Positions 21,273-63,700 of a DNA stretch of 64,000 bases are shown here, one piece after another. Below the pieces are notes generated by a model. The model was not told the DNA's origin and made no database searches. It saw only the letters and a program-made list of their open reading frames with translations. Where the stretch lies: assembly GCA_051362555.1 (NCBI GenBank), contig CM120640.1, positions 36,165,967-36,229,966 on the forward strand, written 5' to 3'. A program made the position numbers and the translations under genes. Position 1 is the first letter of the stretch; each line of letters begins with the position of its first letter. Source of the DNA: Lingula anatina (Eukaryota > Animalia > Brachiopoda).

Positions 21273-22245
21273 AAACTAGAGGATCATAGAGGCCATACCG
21301 CCTCAGAATATTGTACCACCAGCTGGAGTAAATGCATGAGCTCTATAAAATGCAGTGAACAACTCGTTTTTTTTTTTTTTTTTTGTAAAAAATTAAAATT
21401 TGGGGAAAAGTGAAAGATCAAATCCAAGGTTGAAGTTAGATTGTAAATAAAGGACTTTCCATCCAAGTTCAACAATAAATGTAAGAACCTGGAAATTTGC
21501 CAGGTGTGGTACATGGTGGAAAGTAGGTTAAAGATTAATTTCAAGGTCACAGGAAGATTGTAAATATACGAATTCCTTTGGAGAAATCAGGAAGGGAGAT
21601 TTTGCAAAGATCATGGTGACAAGTAAATCAAAGGTCAAATTTATGGTCACAATTAGATTGCCAGTATATGACTTCCTATTCAAGTTCAATAGTAACTATG
21701 GGCTTATCTCTGCTAATTTTGGGAGTATTTCACATTTCGATCAGCTCACTATTGAATATTGCAGTTCTTTTGCACTACAAAATGCAAAAATCAAGGGGTC
21801 TGTACATTTACAGTTCCAGAATTAGAAAGTTTTTAGTTTCAGAATCTAATGGCTGCTTCTCTTTTGAAAACGCACCGATTGACTCCCAAACTCACGAAGA
21901 TGAAAGGAGTCCCTAAATGTAACCCCTCATTTAAATATGAGAGCTTAGGTCTGTGTAGTTCCTGAAAATTGGCACAAACAAATATTTTTGTAGAAAATTT
22001 CCATTTTAAACTAAAGAAATTTTGGCTCATTTAAACTTGAAATAAAGGTCAAAGGTCAAACCAAAGGGCATATTTGGAAACTCAACATAAGACTTTCAGT
22101 CAGACTTATATAGTAACCTTTCCCATAATTCCTTCATTTTGGGAGATATTTAGCATTTAATTTTTAAAATTTTGACAAGGGTGGGTTTCAACAAGCATCA
22201 TGCCTAGGCCAATAAACAAACAGACAAAAAACAGGCGGTTCAAGT
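21273..22245 (-). mobile_element. Helentron-type non-autonomous element
   Basis: On the - strand it ends GAGGCGGTA-hairpin-CTAGTTT. The other end has the complementary AACCGCCT followed by a TGTCTGTTTGTT tract. Boundaries approximate. Confidence 0.5.
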
Positions 22246-22683
22246 TGAGATTATATGTGACCTTAGACCTAAATCCCAGAGATGGGGACACAGGCCCTTG
22301 CAGTCTAGGAGGAGAAGTGGTAATGGTGACTTGTTTCTGGCGGCTGACTGCTGATCGAGTGTACAAGACAGGCCGAACTAAAACCAAGAATACTGCCAGC
22401 GTACACACTGGTGGTACTGATGAAGGGGCTAATGTCACAAAAATTGAGAAAAAGAATTATTTCTATAATTGTAAACCCATCATGTTGCTTTTTCGAAAGC
22501 AACCTGCATCTGTACCAAACAAAGCCACTCAATAAATTTACAGTAAAACAAAACAAAACAAAAAAAAAAAAAAAAAAAAAAAAAGAAAAACAGTTTGGCA
22601 GTTATGGGGCAAACATCATGTATTGGTCAGCGAAGGCCACGACATGGACAGACAGACCCATCAGATTATATACAGACACTTAC

Positions 22684-24255
22684 AGTGTCTGTATATAAAA
22701 ACACAGAAGATATATTTTTAGATTTTAATATAATAAATCCAAATAGAAATGTAGAGTTCCTGAATGCCAACAATATCTTAGGTTGCTTGCAGTCCTATGT
22801 TGAGCGGTATCTTGGTGGGCTTCTGAAATAAGAAAAAAATGTTTATTTTATGACTAAACATACAAGCTCTTGAAGTGGGACTTATGCATGATTTAAACAG
22901 AGACAAAGGTACATATGGTTGAAATGTTTGCTGTCATATCATGACTGCAATGGAGTTTGCCTAACATCAAAATTACCATCTAAGATAAGCAAATGAAAAA
23001 ACGAGAGAGAAATCTGAGAACTCCCAACAAGGCAAAGTGAAGAAAACAAAAACTGTAATAATAATGATAATTATAATAACAATCGAATTGTTAGAAGACC
23101 TGAATTCTGGTGAAATATACTGTAATAATTTCTTATCTGTAGTAACAGTCTATCATGAAAGTTTCATCAAAATTTGTGAAAAAAATTGAGATATTTTTGC
23201 TTATACTTGGGGACATGGCTTTATTGCAGCTCATTCTGGCGTATTTCAAAGAAGAGAAGAGTAGGTCAGGTCAATTTCAATGCCTTACAAAAAACTTCTT
23301 TAAAAGTTTTTTTGAAAAATATACCATACTTAATTTGGATGCAAGACAATTAAGTTGCTCTTTTTGATATAAATTTAAATAAATGATTTTGATGTAATTG
23401 GTCTTGTAATGTATGAACAACACACAAAGCACTGGAGATGCTAGCCAGTTACCGTGTAAAATAATTATCTATTATTCATTGTTTAACGAGCAATTGATAT
23501 GTGCCTGTGCATGTATATGTGCATGCATGTTGTAGGAAGCATACCTATCTTACAAGAAGATCTTCATCTTAAGCCAACAACACCTTGTGCCTCAGGTCCA
23601 AGTCTCACCTGAAACAAATGAAATCTATGCCCTTATTTCCAATGAAATTGTCGGTAGCTATATTAAAATTTAAGTCTGTACAGTACAATAATAATAGAAT
23701 TTTATTTTTTGAAACTGCTATTGTTTATACATATACATTCTTGCTCAAAATGGTTGCCAATCTCTCGATAATTTGTGCTTTTAATAAAGTTGCCAATTTT
23801 CAAAGCTATATTTATATTGATATTTAGGTTCTGTATTCCCCACAGCAATCAATGACCATTTGAAATTATCTAGGACAAATACTGTAAAGCATGCTTCCGA
23901 ATTAGGGTAAGAGTCACTTAGAAGTTATACACTTTTTATTATATCCTTTCATATCACTACTTTATTCTCATAGTTATGAGTCGTAGGACTAAAATATAAT
24001 ATAATGGATGAATAATCTGACTGGCCAAGTACAGTACATGTAATATTGCAAAGACACGTGTCACTAATATTTGCCGTAGCTTTTCTTTCATTCTTCGGCA
24101 CCTTCGGTAGTTATAATGGTGGGGGTTGTTGAAAAAGTGGTAATACTTACAAGACTTGTATTTGTTTCTACATTTGGCAAAACTTCTGTTAGGATAGCGA
24201 TAAAAGCTTGACCTTACCATCACACCACACATATCCATGCGTCTTCGTCTAATGG
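22684..24255 (-). ncRNA. Putative spliced long non-coding or micropeptide transcript
   Basis: Candidate exons ~24255-24218 (ATG|gtaagg), 23608-23545 (tgtttcag| ... TAG|gtatgc) and 22822-22684 (ttcttatttcag| ... |gtaagt), downstream of the E-box/D-box module. The first-AUG ORF is only 21 aa. No expression evidence. Confidence 0.3.
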
Positions 24256-24366
24256 CGCGCCACAGTCACGTGACTAGTCTGGAAGACAGCTCGCATTACG
24301 ATGGGCAACTTATTGTTATGTAAATTATAACAGGTAGATCTATGGCTCATTCTAGTGAAAGGCGAA
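24222..24366 (-). promoter_or_regulatory. Promoter-like module, right copy (GTCACGTGAC E-box 24265-24274, TTATGTAA D-box 24316-24323)
   Basis: Motifs read directly from the sequence; CpG-rich; inverted paralog at 16892-17052. Confidence 0.5.
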
Positions 24367-25589
24367 AGGCTGTAGCTGAAACTTTTCACGAAACACATGT
24401 AGATATGTAACTTAGGTCCATCTGTTGTTGAAATACATCACTCTAGTTCCCAAATAGATAAACCCCAACAATGTAAAATCCACACACCATTAACTACGAA
24501 TATAAATACCAAGAGATCCACTTACGCTACCAGTACACTAAAACCAGATCTAGAGGGTGCACAATATTAGCTGTCGAAAAATAAGGGCTACTTTAATGGT
24601 GTCCCTGACCTTTAAAATCATTAAATACGTGTCCTTACTTTCTGTGTAATTTTTTTCTTACATGAAATATATATTTTTAGAATATCGTAATCCAATAATA
24701 CGATTTTCATACGCAAAGTCTACATTCAATGGTCCAAAAGTCAATATACTTCATATCAGAAATAAATATGAGCAATAAATCGTTTGAAACAATATCTATG
24801 AACCGAACTAGACACGTGCCTTCTACAGAACTGTCTGCTAACATCCTTATATTCGCAAGTTTTATCTGGCGCTCACGAAGAAGTGGAAAGGGTTTTATTT
24901 TTTATATCATTTGTTCAAAATATCAAGGGGAGTAAAAAGACGGAGGTTGAAATACAATTTTAATTACGGTTCAATTAGTGATCTCCAAAGTAAGATTTAT
25001 GGATCATCAAACGTAGACAACGCTTATGTTGTTTTTTTTAACCTTATCCTAGAACGTATTGTATAAGGAAAGTAGCCTTGTTGACTATTTTTTTAGTACG
25101 AACGCATGTTATTAAACCCCTAACCATCCTACTTGATCATTATGTTGTGTTGTACGTTCTTGGTTAAGCTTTCCCCTGGAACAAACGTCATTTTTTTTTC
25201 AATTTGTCTTTTTATTCTTAGTGTAAAAATATTGAAAACATTTGGTTAATGTGCGACTTTAATTGATATATATTAGTGACGATAACCGGTGCATGCAATT
25301 ATAGGCACATTAAAATATCTATCGGGACGTGTATCTACCCATACTTATTCTCAAACCTTAACGAATGATTCATAGGACTAAACTTGAGTTGGAAAACCAG
25401 CCCCATTTGACTATTTTCTTTTAGTTATGACGTTTTTTCTTTTTTGTTAATTTTCCTTTTTCACAAATTGCCAGTTTTAAGTTCAAGCTTGAATTTCCAT
25501 GGGTATGAAGTCCTGTGCTTTATAAACTTTTTCCAAGTGTCTATAATTAACGTTTCAGTGTCAAAAACTAGCGGTGATGCTGCTCTTAA

Positions 25590-25929
25590 AGGGATAATAA
25601 CTCTTCGTTTCGTCCAAAAATGAGTTTTTCCTGGAGTAAACAACAATTTTCCCATACTTACCAATGGTTAATGAATCCATTTTTACATTCAAAGTTAGTC
25701 CCTTCTTTTTTTTTTCTAAAAAGTTTGGTTTTTTAAAAAAATCTCTTAAGAGACTTTAACAGAATATAGACATCAATGGAGGTCACGTGGTCTAAAGAAA
25801 AGCTCACATATCAGAATAATAGCTATAACTGCCGTTTGTGTGGTAAAACAGAATATATTATATTTCTGTGAGTTATTCACAATGTTTTTATTGTGAAATA
25901 TAGATCTCATATGAAGAGTTATTATCCCT
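25590..25929. mobile_element. TTAA-associated MITE (Kolobok-like termini)
   Basis: TIR AGGGATAATAACTCTTC / GAAGAGTTATTATCCCT with TTAA at both ends; second copy at ~5860-6180. Confidence 0.75.
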
Positions 25930-27206
25930 TAAAGCATGTTATATTGCATTATATTATATTATATTATATTGCATTAAAATAGAAAAAAATCATAAATTCA
26001 GTGAGTGCATGGAAATACATCTATTGACTTCATATAATGTCACAGATGTGCATTTTAACTTAAGTGTTGCATTTGTCTGATGAAGCTTGAATACCTTGTT
26101 TACTTACATTTATTTCAAGTTAAAAAAAAAACTTTGTATTAAATAATATTTTATTTCCTGATTTCACATTTTTCCATTTGCAAAAGAAAAAAATGTGAAA
26201 ATGAAATGGAATTGCATTTACATGGGCAATAAATACAGTAGGATGAAGATGTTTGTTACTAGACAGACATTCCCGGAACAAGGTTGGAATGATATACATA
26301 TATATTCACTTTTTTTATACCACTCGAGACTTTGGATAATTTACACAAAAATGTCAACACTGATTTGTTAGACTATGTAATCAGTAACATGCTTTCTTTA
26401 CCATTACTTCACAGTATAAAAAATGGTTTAAAAACTTATGGAAATCATAGCATCCTGCTTATTGAAACATACATCACTGTCAGTATTTAAAAGGTGGTAA
26501 CTTTCACAGAAGTGGTGTCATAAAAGTGGAGTTAAAATTAAAGAAATCGGTAATCTTATAATGTGTAACAGGTCACTAAACTAAAAAAGAACTTTTCTCC
26601 ACCGGAGGTTGACCATTAAAAAATACCAGCAAATGTGTGTCTACACCTTGCTATCTCCTTGATCTATGGGAAAAAAACCTTGTTACCCAACACATTACCA
26701 TTATCTTCTACCATATCTTCTTAGTACATACTTTGACCTGCCAAATGACAACAAGTTCTCTTGCTTTTAAAATTCTCTTTTGCCATACATAACACAATGA
26801 CTTGGACATACACAATAAAAGATAAAGTACAACTTTAACAAATACTTGTTTTTCAGAAAAGCAAGTCTTCATTAACCTTTCTCTAGTTTGCTAACAAATA
26901 GTAAGGTTTATTAAAACCTCTCCCTAGTTTCCTAACAAATAGTCCAATTCATGAATCTTCCTGACTTTTCTCCTCATCTGTATATTTGTTCAGGTTTTCA
27001 AATAAATAGTTGAGTGATTCATTTCGTTTAATCTTATTTGGCATTTCATCAAGTCTTTTAATGCTTAGTCCTTTTTTCTGTCATTTCTGACTAGACAGAA
27101 GCATTCTCAATGATCAACTATTTTCAGTGCACATGTTCTTCACTGAATACTTCACACTTAAAGGGCATCACTACCCTCTGAAAGCCGTTTTCAAGGCTTA
27201 CTCTCT

Positions 27207-55750
<28,544 letters not shown>

Positions 55751-56035
55751 TCATTTCTTGTTTACCTTCAACCCGAGCAGAAGTGTTATCATCCGGGAAA
55801 CCGGCACTACAAGCCAATAGACGGCGGCACTTTCGGGCACCTGTACAAGACGAGCCACTTCAAAGTCGATAATCTCTTTTTGGTCGAGTTCTGTTTGGGA
55901 CCAACCGATAAATTGAGCCCAAAGTCCATCTTAAATTTGATTGATTAAATAGATATAAAAAACATCAATCGTCGGCAAATTCCATAGGCAATAAAACTAG
56001 GAAAGGTCCGCCATTCAGTTCTGAACTACATGTAT
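55751..56035 (-). promoter_or_regulatory. BRSK 5'UTR/promoter region
   Basis: Local GC/CpG enrichment around exon 1; CCAAT at ~55814; GAACTACA (ZNF143-associated-like) at ~56023. TSS not determinable. Confidence 0.45.
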
Positions 56036-57756
56036 ACATTTTTAAAAATGTAAATTTTTTTACCATTTAAGTTTCATGCATATGGGGAAAACCAGTTTTT
56101 CACTGTGACGAACTCAAAAATATACGATAAAAATAACTAACCCTTTTCATAAATACAAAAGTTGAATCTCCATCTCAACAACAAATTGCACTCCTTTCGG
56201 AAAACTAGATGAAACTACTGGTGTGTATATTCTGTAGTTTGTATTGGTATTACATGGTTCAAATTCTTTTTTTTTTAAAGGTTACTTTTCAATACTAATT
56301 TTTCTAAAAATGATAGGGGGATATATCTTTTTTAAAGTCTCATCTCTTCTGTGAATATGATTGTGAGAAAAAGAAAACAATACACACTTTACAATGCATT
56401 TTATTTCTTAACATTGTTATTGTGTCATGCATTTTTTGAATTTATAATAAATAAATCACCCAATATTTGCAATAAATAACCAATCTTGCATTTCACATAA
56501 TATATTAATGTGCTTCTGAAATTATTACCTTTGCAAAACAAATAAAATGTTCTGAAATGACTTCAGTAAAATATCTTCTTTAAATGTCTCACAGAAACTG
56601 TTTTCACAAAATCTAGCCAGTGTATAAAAAACATACTAATTCAATTTTATCAAAATGATGGAAAATAAAACATATAATGCAATATCACATCAAACAAAAT
56701 ATCTAAACCCAACAATGAACCTGACCTGATACAAGTATTTCACTATGCAATAATAATTTAAAAAAAAATCAAAAAGAAAAAAAATGCACTCTACAGCTCA
56801 TCTCTTGCAAAACCAACTTATTCTAATCAGTCTGGAAATCTGTTACCAAGCATTAACATAGGCATATTAAAAATATTGACTGGACGCTGAACACTGCTCT
56901 GAATGTTTTTTTTCTAAGGCCAACCTTGCAGAACTGAGGATAGCAATAGAAGTAAGGGATATTAGAGAATGTATTATCAGGCAAACTCCCAGAGCAACAA
57001 AGCCATAACAAATCTGTGAAAATGGAACTTTAAGAAAATATAAAAGCTTAATCCAACACTGAGCACAAAACCATTTTTCCGTGAAGGATAAACCACCAAT
57101 CAGGAAGAAAGTATTGACAGGGGATGCTAAATGCATGTAAGCCGGTTTGTAAAGACAGTAGTTTAGGTAAAATATCAGGTTTAATGCATCTTGAAGGACA
57201 ATGAATCTCTCAGGGCAATTACCTGGCTAAATTAAGATGACCATAGGTACACCCATATTACATATCATGGGTCATATTTTACATTACATCTTTAGTGTAA
57301 TTCCATAAAATATGGCTCATATGCCTTGTATTCAATAAAGGATTAACGGACCAAAATGATGTGTATAATGCAGGGCATTCCACATTTTAGAACATTTGAA
57401 ATTTGCTGAAAAATTATTTAGTCAAAATGATGTCTGTGCACAATATCAGTTTTTATTTATTTTTTTTTTTGATGCAACAAAATGCAGTGCATTTGGTAAG
57501 TTTTCCCTGGGTACAAGAATGTATCTCATATCCCAACAGCCACTACATTCATTATTTCAATGTAGAAAATTCTAAAATCAGTGCATGAACTATGACGAAT
57601 GAAGCCATTAATAAAAAGCAGCCATCACAGTTTTTCCCTGCCATTAAAGGAAAGATAATTTCATAGAAAGATTCCACACCAGTGTCTCCGAAACTTGGGC
57701 TGGTCTTTCTCATCATGTTCTACATCACTGTTTCTTGCAATATCACAGGATCGCTA

Positions 57757-60700
57757 CTAGTTAGGTGGTCTTTGTAGAGCTGAAAATGAACAAGAGAGAG
57801 AAATAAGCAATGTCTGTCTTTCAAGTTGAGTTGATGTTTCTACTGTTGCATTAACACATTTACATTCTCCAAGAATATCAGACTCAATGAAGGTGGTTTA
57901 AGTGTCACAGTTGAAAATTGAGGGAAACAGTTTGGATTCCAAAGGTACAGTCCACATAATCAATATTATGTTTATATAACTAACTTACCTGTAAATGCAG
58001 ACTGATGTGCTGCTGGCTTAACTGTCACATTACCATTGGTCATGGTGCCAGGCTGGGCACTGGTCATTCCTGACATTGCAGGTGCTGCCCCCTGCTTGTA
58101 GTAGTAGAAACCTGGGGCTACGTTCTGTAATGGTTAGAAAAATAAAAAGAAAGTGATTATTTGCCATGATCATTATACTAGAAAGTTACCATGGAAATTG
58201 TTCACATTCTCACAAACAATTTCCAAAGAAAAAATCATCATTCTATTAAAGAACTTTTAAATGGTTGTCAATACATAAGCTTAAACTTATCATAATCAGT
58301 GGCATGAATGGCTGATTTTATGATAACTCACCTGTTGTGGCTGCATTGTGGACACCACAGCTGCGCCATGTTGGACCAAACCTGGTCTCAGAAACAACTG
58401 TTGGGCCTGCTGACCGGTCAACTGGATTTTTTGTTGACCAACTGCCTGAGGTAGGACATGTATTTGCTGGTTTGCCTGGACCAGCTGGGGTCTCAGTCCC
58501 ACTGGGTTCTGAGGGTGATTTGCAGTGATTACCCTAACAGCTTGAGGACGGGAAATGTTGGAGACTAATATCTGCCTGGGCTGCCCGGGATGTCTCACAG
58601 TATTTAACACAGCACCGGGTGGGAGGGACACTCCATTACCGGCATATACCACCCTGTTTTGAAGCAGTCCTTGGTTTGGCTGGGCAAGACTGGCGGTCTG
58701 TACAATTTTACCAGGCACACCAGGTGTGGTTAAACTCTTAGAACTGTATATCACAAATTTAGGCACATTAGCTTGATGAATGCCACTGACAGTTGCCTGC
58801 TGAACACTGGCTTGAGTAGGGAGCTGCTGCTGTTGTGGCTGTTGCTCTTGCTGGGATACAATCAAATTGCCTCCCATTTGTGACAAGTTTTGAACAGAAC
58901 CGACAACAAGTTTTGTATCTTCACTTGCACTCTCATCTATACCAGGGCGCCAAAGTTTTGGTTTAGGAGATTCCTGAGTTGTCTCTGAATTTTCAACACC
59001 TTCAATATACTTCCTTTTCTTTGCTGGCTGCCGGACTCCTTGCATGAGTCCATCTTCTCTTTTCATTTGAATAATATTATTATTAGGGATTACAGGCCCT
59101 TTACCACTGCTATACACATAGTCTGTATGAGAGGTAGAGGTTGTAAGTGTGACAGGGTTTTCTTGCTGCCTTTGAGTCTGAAGCAAACTAGTCCCAGAGA
59201 TATTTACAGCCTGCATTTTAATATCACTAGGAGGTATCACTGTCTTTTTATCAGTGGCAGAATCGCTGACAGATTGTACTGATATATTGTTTATAAGGCC
59301 TCTTTGCTGCTGTGCACCAACACCATCAGACTGTCCCTTTGGTTGTTGTGACAACTGCTTCCAACCTCCAAACTTGGGAGAGGTTGCACTTGTTGTTGGT
59401 AGGCCATTGGTAGTAGTGGCAAAAGTAATGTAATTTACCTTCCCTTTCTGTGTCTGTACATCCACTGGGATCTGGATCTTCTGGGTCACACCTCCTTTTG
59501 AGAACTGTATAGGAATGGGTAGACGTGCCTTCACCACAGTCTGATTACCCTGATTTTGATTCTGTGCCATCATGGCGGCTTGTTTCTGTTGTAGATACTG
59601 TTCCTGAAGCTTCTGTTTCAGGAGCTGGAATGGGGGGTTTGAAGGGGAACTCTTCGTTACTTGATGTCCAGCAGAAGTTACCTAAACAGAAGTAATGTCT
59701 CAGTAAATCATTGTTGGCAAAATCAGTCTGAAAGGCAGGCGTGGAAATAGACTGCCTAATTGAATAAAGATTCTCTTGATTACGGGCAATACAAGTATAT
59801 ATATTGGCTGCATCTCTGTGAAATTTTTGGCAGTACCTGTCAAAAAAAAAATATTCTATATGTTTGTGATCCTATTAATAAAGGAACTGAAACTTCCACG
59901 TAAAAAAGATGAAACAAACCTGTTGTTTTGCAGCAGATGTTGAAGCAGCAATACCAAACACTGTCCTCAGATTTGATACCTTCTTGGTTCCATCAGCACT
60001 ATCCTCTGATATGGACGTCAGTGCTGGACTGCTAGAGGCTGAATTGTCCTGTCTCTGAGTTGGAAAAGGGCTACTGGAGGCTGAGGGGTTAATTGTCTTA
60101 AACTGGAATGGAGGGAATTCCTTTCTCTGAACTGGGTATGGGCTGTTGGATGCAGATTCATCATAACTGACTGGACTGTTACTTCTGGAATCCTGAAGTT
60201 CAACACAAGGCATAAATTTGATATAATAAGTGGGAGCTAGCACAGAATTTGAAAAACTCTTAAGCTAAAGTGAGCCAAAGTATGAAACTTCAGAATAATT
60301 ATACAGATATTTATTTAAGATCAATTAAACAATAAACTTCTAAATGAAAAATGTATTTTTTGCAGATGGGCTTCACTTTATAAAACACCAAAAACTAATA
60401 AAAACATATGTTTAAACTGTTAAGTTTAAAAAAGCTCATATAATTTAGTTTTATTTACTAACTCTTTTTCACTTCTTTAAAGTGTACATGGTAAACTTCA
60501 TACCATGTCAGCTTTTGGTGATTCACTTCAAAATAAACAATGTCGAACTGTATATATCTATATATTGCTACCTGTAATGAATCCTCAGCCACTTTATGCA
60601 GAGCCTCCATAGCCTTGGCACTAGCATTCCTCTGTGGTCTGAAACTCAAGTGAGGGCCACCATTGGTCAGTTTGGAATGGTAATCAGCATCATCTTCATC

Positions 60701-63700
60701 CTCATGAGTATTGTCAAAGTTGTGCTTGGACATGTATTTCTTCACTGCCCGATGGAAACATGCCTCCACTGCATCTGCCATCTCTATGTACTCTGTAACA
60801 AAGAAATTAATTTTGAATATTTTAGCTAAAATAGACATCTGAGAAGATTCAGAATTAGAATTTCTAGTCAGCATATTTTAGTGGTTGTGCAAGATACTCA
60901 AAACACAGCTGATGTGTTATATTTGGTGTAAATATCAACTGAGTCATAAGAGTTCTCAAATCAAGTCATCAAAGTGTTGCTTATATCATGCTTAATCCTA
61001 AAAAGACACCCCCATTACCAGTGAACAATTTCTTACCACTCTCTGGTCCATTGTATTCTAGACAGTTTGAGAACATGAGTTTGTAGTCTCCTATGAACTC
61101 TCTCCTACTTCTGTACTCTCTATTTTTCACCTTCTTCTCTATAGTTGACATATCCATAGGTCTCTGCAGCATATAAAAATGTAAATAAGTTGAAAATTCA
61201 AATCATGAAAAAAAAAAAAAAGAAAGAAAAAAAAACTAACAGATACCTTGAGGTTTTGTTTATTTCATTCAGTGAAAGTTTTCATGCTTATATTTTTCTA
61301 TAATATATATACTATACATAATTTACTGTATCAGTTTTCTTGAAGATAACAAATGATATGGCTCAATTTAAGAACTCAAACTTTTGTAAATATATGTCTT
61401 TTAATATTCCTCAACAGCAAATAATATTTCCTAATAAAAACTTATTTTCTATTTGAGGTTGAAGAATGATAAATTTCGAAAATAAAACATGAAAGCTCAT
61501 TTTGCAAAGAACTCATGAAAAGGTGCAGGTTAAAGCTGCAGTCAGCCAGGTGGCTGCAACTTTTACAAAACAGCTTTCAAATCACAAACAGTTTTTCACT
61601 TTTCTTGTTAATAAATGTCATTTTTTTAGTGCCCAGGGCAAGCAGCTGAGGCATCATTTTAAATGATGGATCTGATCTCCTGATGTTCTTTTTCACCAAT
61701 GACACAGAGTTCTTCTTCAGAGATTTTTTTCTACCAAAATGTATAATTTGTCACCAAGGCACCAGAGTGCAAAAAGGGGCTTTGTCCTCACCAAAAGTAT
61801 TGAACATGATCCTTTTCCCCCAATGACAGATATACAGCCTACTTTTTTCTTTTTTTCACCTTTATACTTACAGTTATAATATCTCTGTAGCCTGGGGCAT
61901 ATTCCTCCTGGACAGGTTCCCAAAATGGCCAGGAATCTTTATGACGTTTTACAATATCAACCACTACAACAACAATAAACAGAGAGCATAAGAAATTGAA
62001 ATGATCAATCATTCTAGTAAACTATTTGCAATTTGCCAAGAGGAATTATACAAAGATGATAATGAGCGTATATGTCAAAACAGAAAGTCAGTGAGAGTGC
62101 ACTTGTATCAGGTTGGCCACATGTCAAATAAAATACTGTGAAGAGCTTTTGCCAGGACAACACAAGTGCAAGGAAAAATTTGCCAACTGGATCAGAAGGT
62201 TATATCTAAGTGTTCAACAATGCCCTACTTTGTTCTAATACTTTACATCAACTGTCCTAGCAGATGGACTAATGGATTTCAAGCTAAACATTTTTTAACT
62301 GACAGCCACATTAAAATAAAACTCAAAACACATCCTTGTCAAGTGTATTGCCCTACATTTTCAGATAGCAATAACACTGAAAAATGTAAATGCTCATGCT
62401 GATCATTTACCTTTCATCATGGCACTATATGCTTCATTAGGCACAGATCTAAAACAGAAGGAAAAATATTTGAATCAGATAAAACCATGCGGAGAAAATG
62501 AAGCAACACTTGAAAAATAAAAAGATTTGTTGCCAAACAAACATCTGGACTCAATTTATGATAAATTTTTCAAAAATTGAATTGAAGTAAATCAATAATA
62601 AATTTGGCAAAAACTTGTATTTCCCTAACCCAAATAAGATTTAAAATTTTGTTTAAATTTACCACACTGGAGTGAGATTTTACAATCCATGATAACATTT
62701 TAATCACGTGAAACAATACTCTTTTGTGAGTGACTTACATCCTCTTTGGTGATGCAGGGATGTTCAATAGCTCTGCTGGAATTTCTTTGCCTTCTGCAAT
62801 CAACTGAGCCCGTTCTTCACGTAATCTGGCTCTCTTAGCACGATCTGTAGGAAAAAGGAAGAGCAGTCGGTGCAAAAATGTCAGCACACAGAAACACTGA
62901 TCCAGAAATAAGATGTACACAGAGTTAAATAAAAAGATGTCATTTATACAGTTCATGAATCCTAACCTTCATGTATACAGTATGACTTATTCAATACAAC
63001 ATCTCAAATCAAATATATCATCTTTATTACCAATCAAACACAGTGAGTAGCTTATCTCACATTTTCCCACTCTCACCAAGTGAAGCAAATATCAATAACT
63101 TCCTTCATGCACAGGGCCCTGAAAAATATAAAACCTTGTGTATACTTCTACTGTCAACATTTACCTTCTCGGGCTTTGCTCCTCTCCTCTCTCTGTAACT
63201 TCACGTCTCTTTGCTGTTCCTCCTCCAAACGCCTCTTTCTCTCAACCTCCTCATGGTGCTGTCGCAATCGCTCTTCTTCTTGGATCAGGAGGAGATATTT
63301 TTCCTAAAATTAATACAGAAAAGATGGTATTTAATAGAAAACCCAAGTACTACCCCCCAAAAATGTTTTTTTAGAAGCAAGTAAAAAACAACAAGCACAT
63401 CTTAATGCCAAATCTATATGACCATTAATTAAGCAAGGGAATGTTATAATTGTAATAGTATCACATTGCAAATTACACTATATTACATGATAACAGCATA
63501 ACTTTAATAAGAAAGACTGTCAATTATCCAAAATCTATTGCAATGGTTTTTTGTTACTATCTTAGGCAAAAAAACATGATGAATTAAAATTGTTTTCAAG
63601 ATACTGTCGCTGAAAACATTTTGTACCATGTTAAATACACATAACAGCAATTAATAAGGAGTTGTGCACCAATTAAATATTTGTCCAATATCCTCCACCC

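Noticed and set aside
58296-59573. 425-aa ORF as a stand-alone gene
   Set aside because: It is the internal exon 59681-58332 of the CECR2-like gene, with splice sites in frame on both sides.
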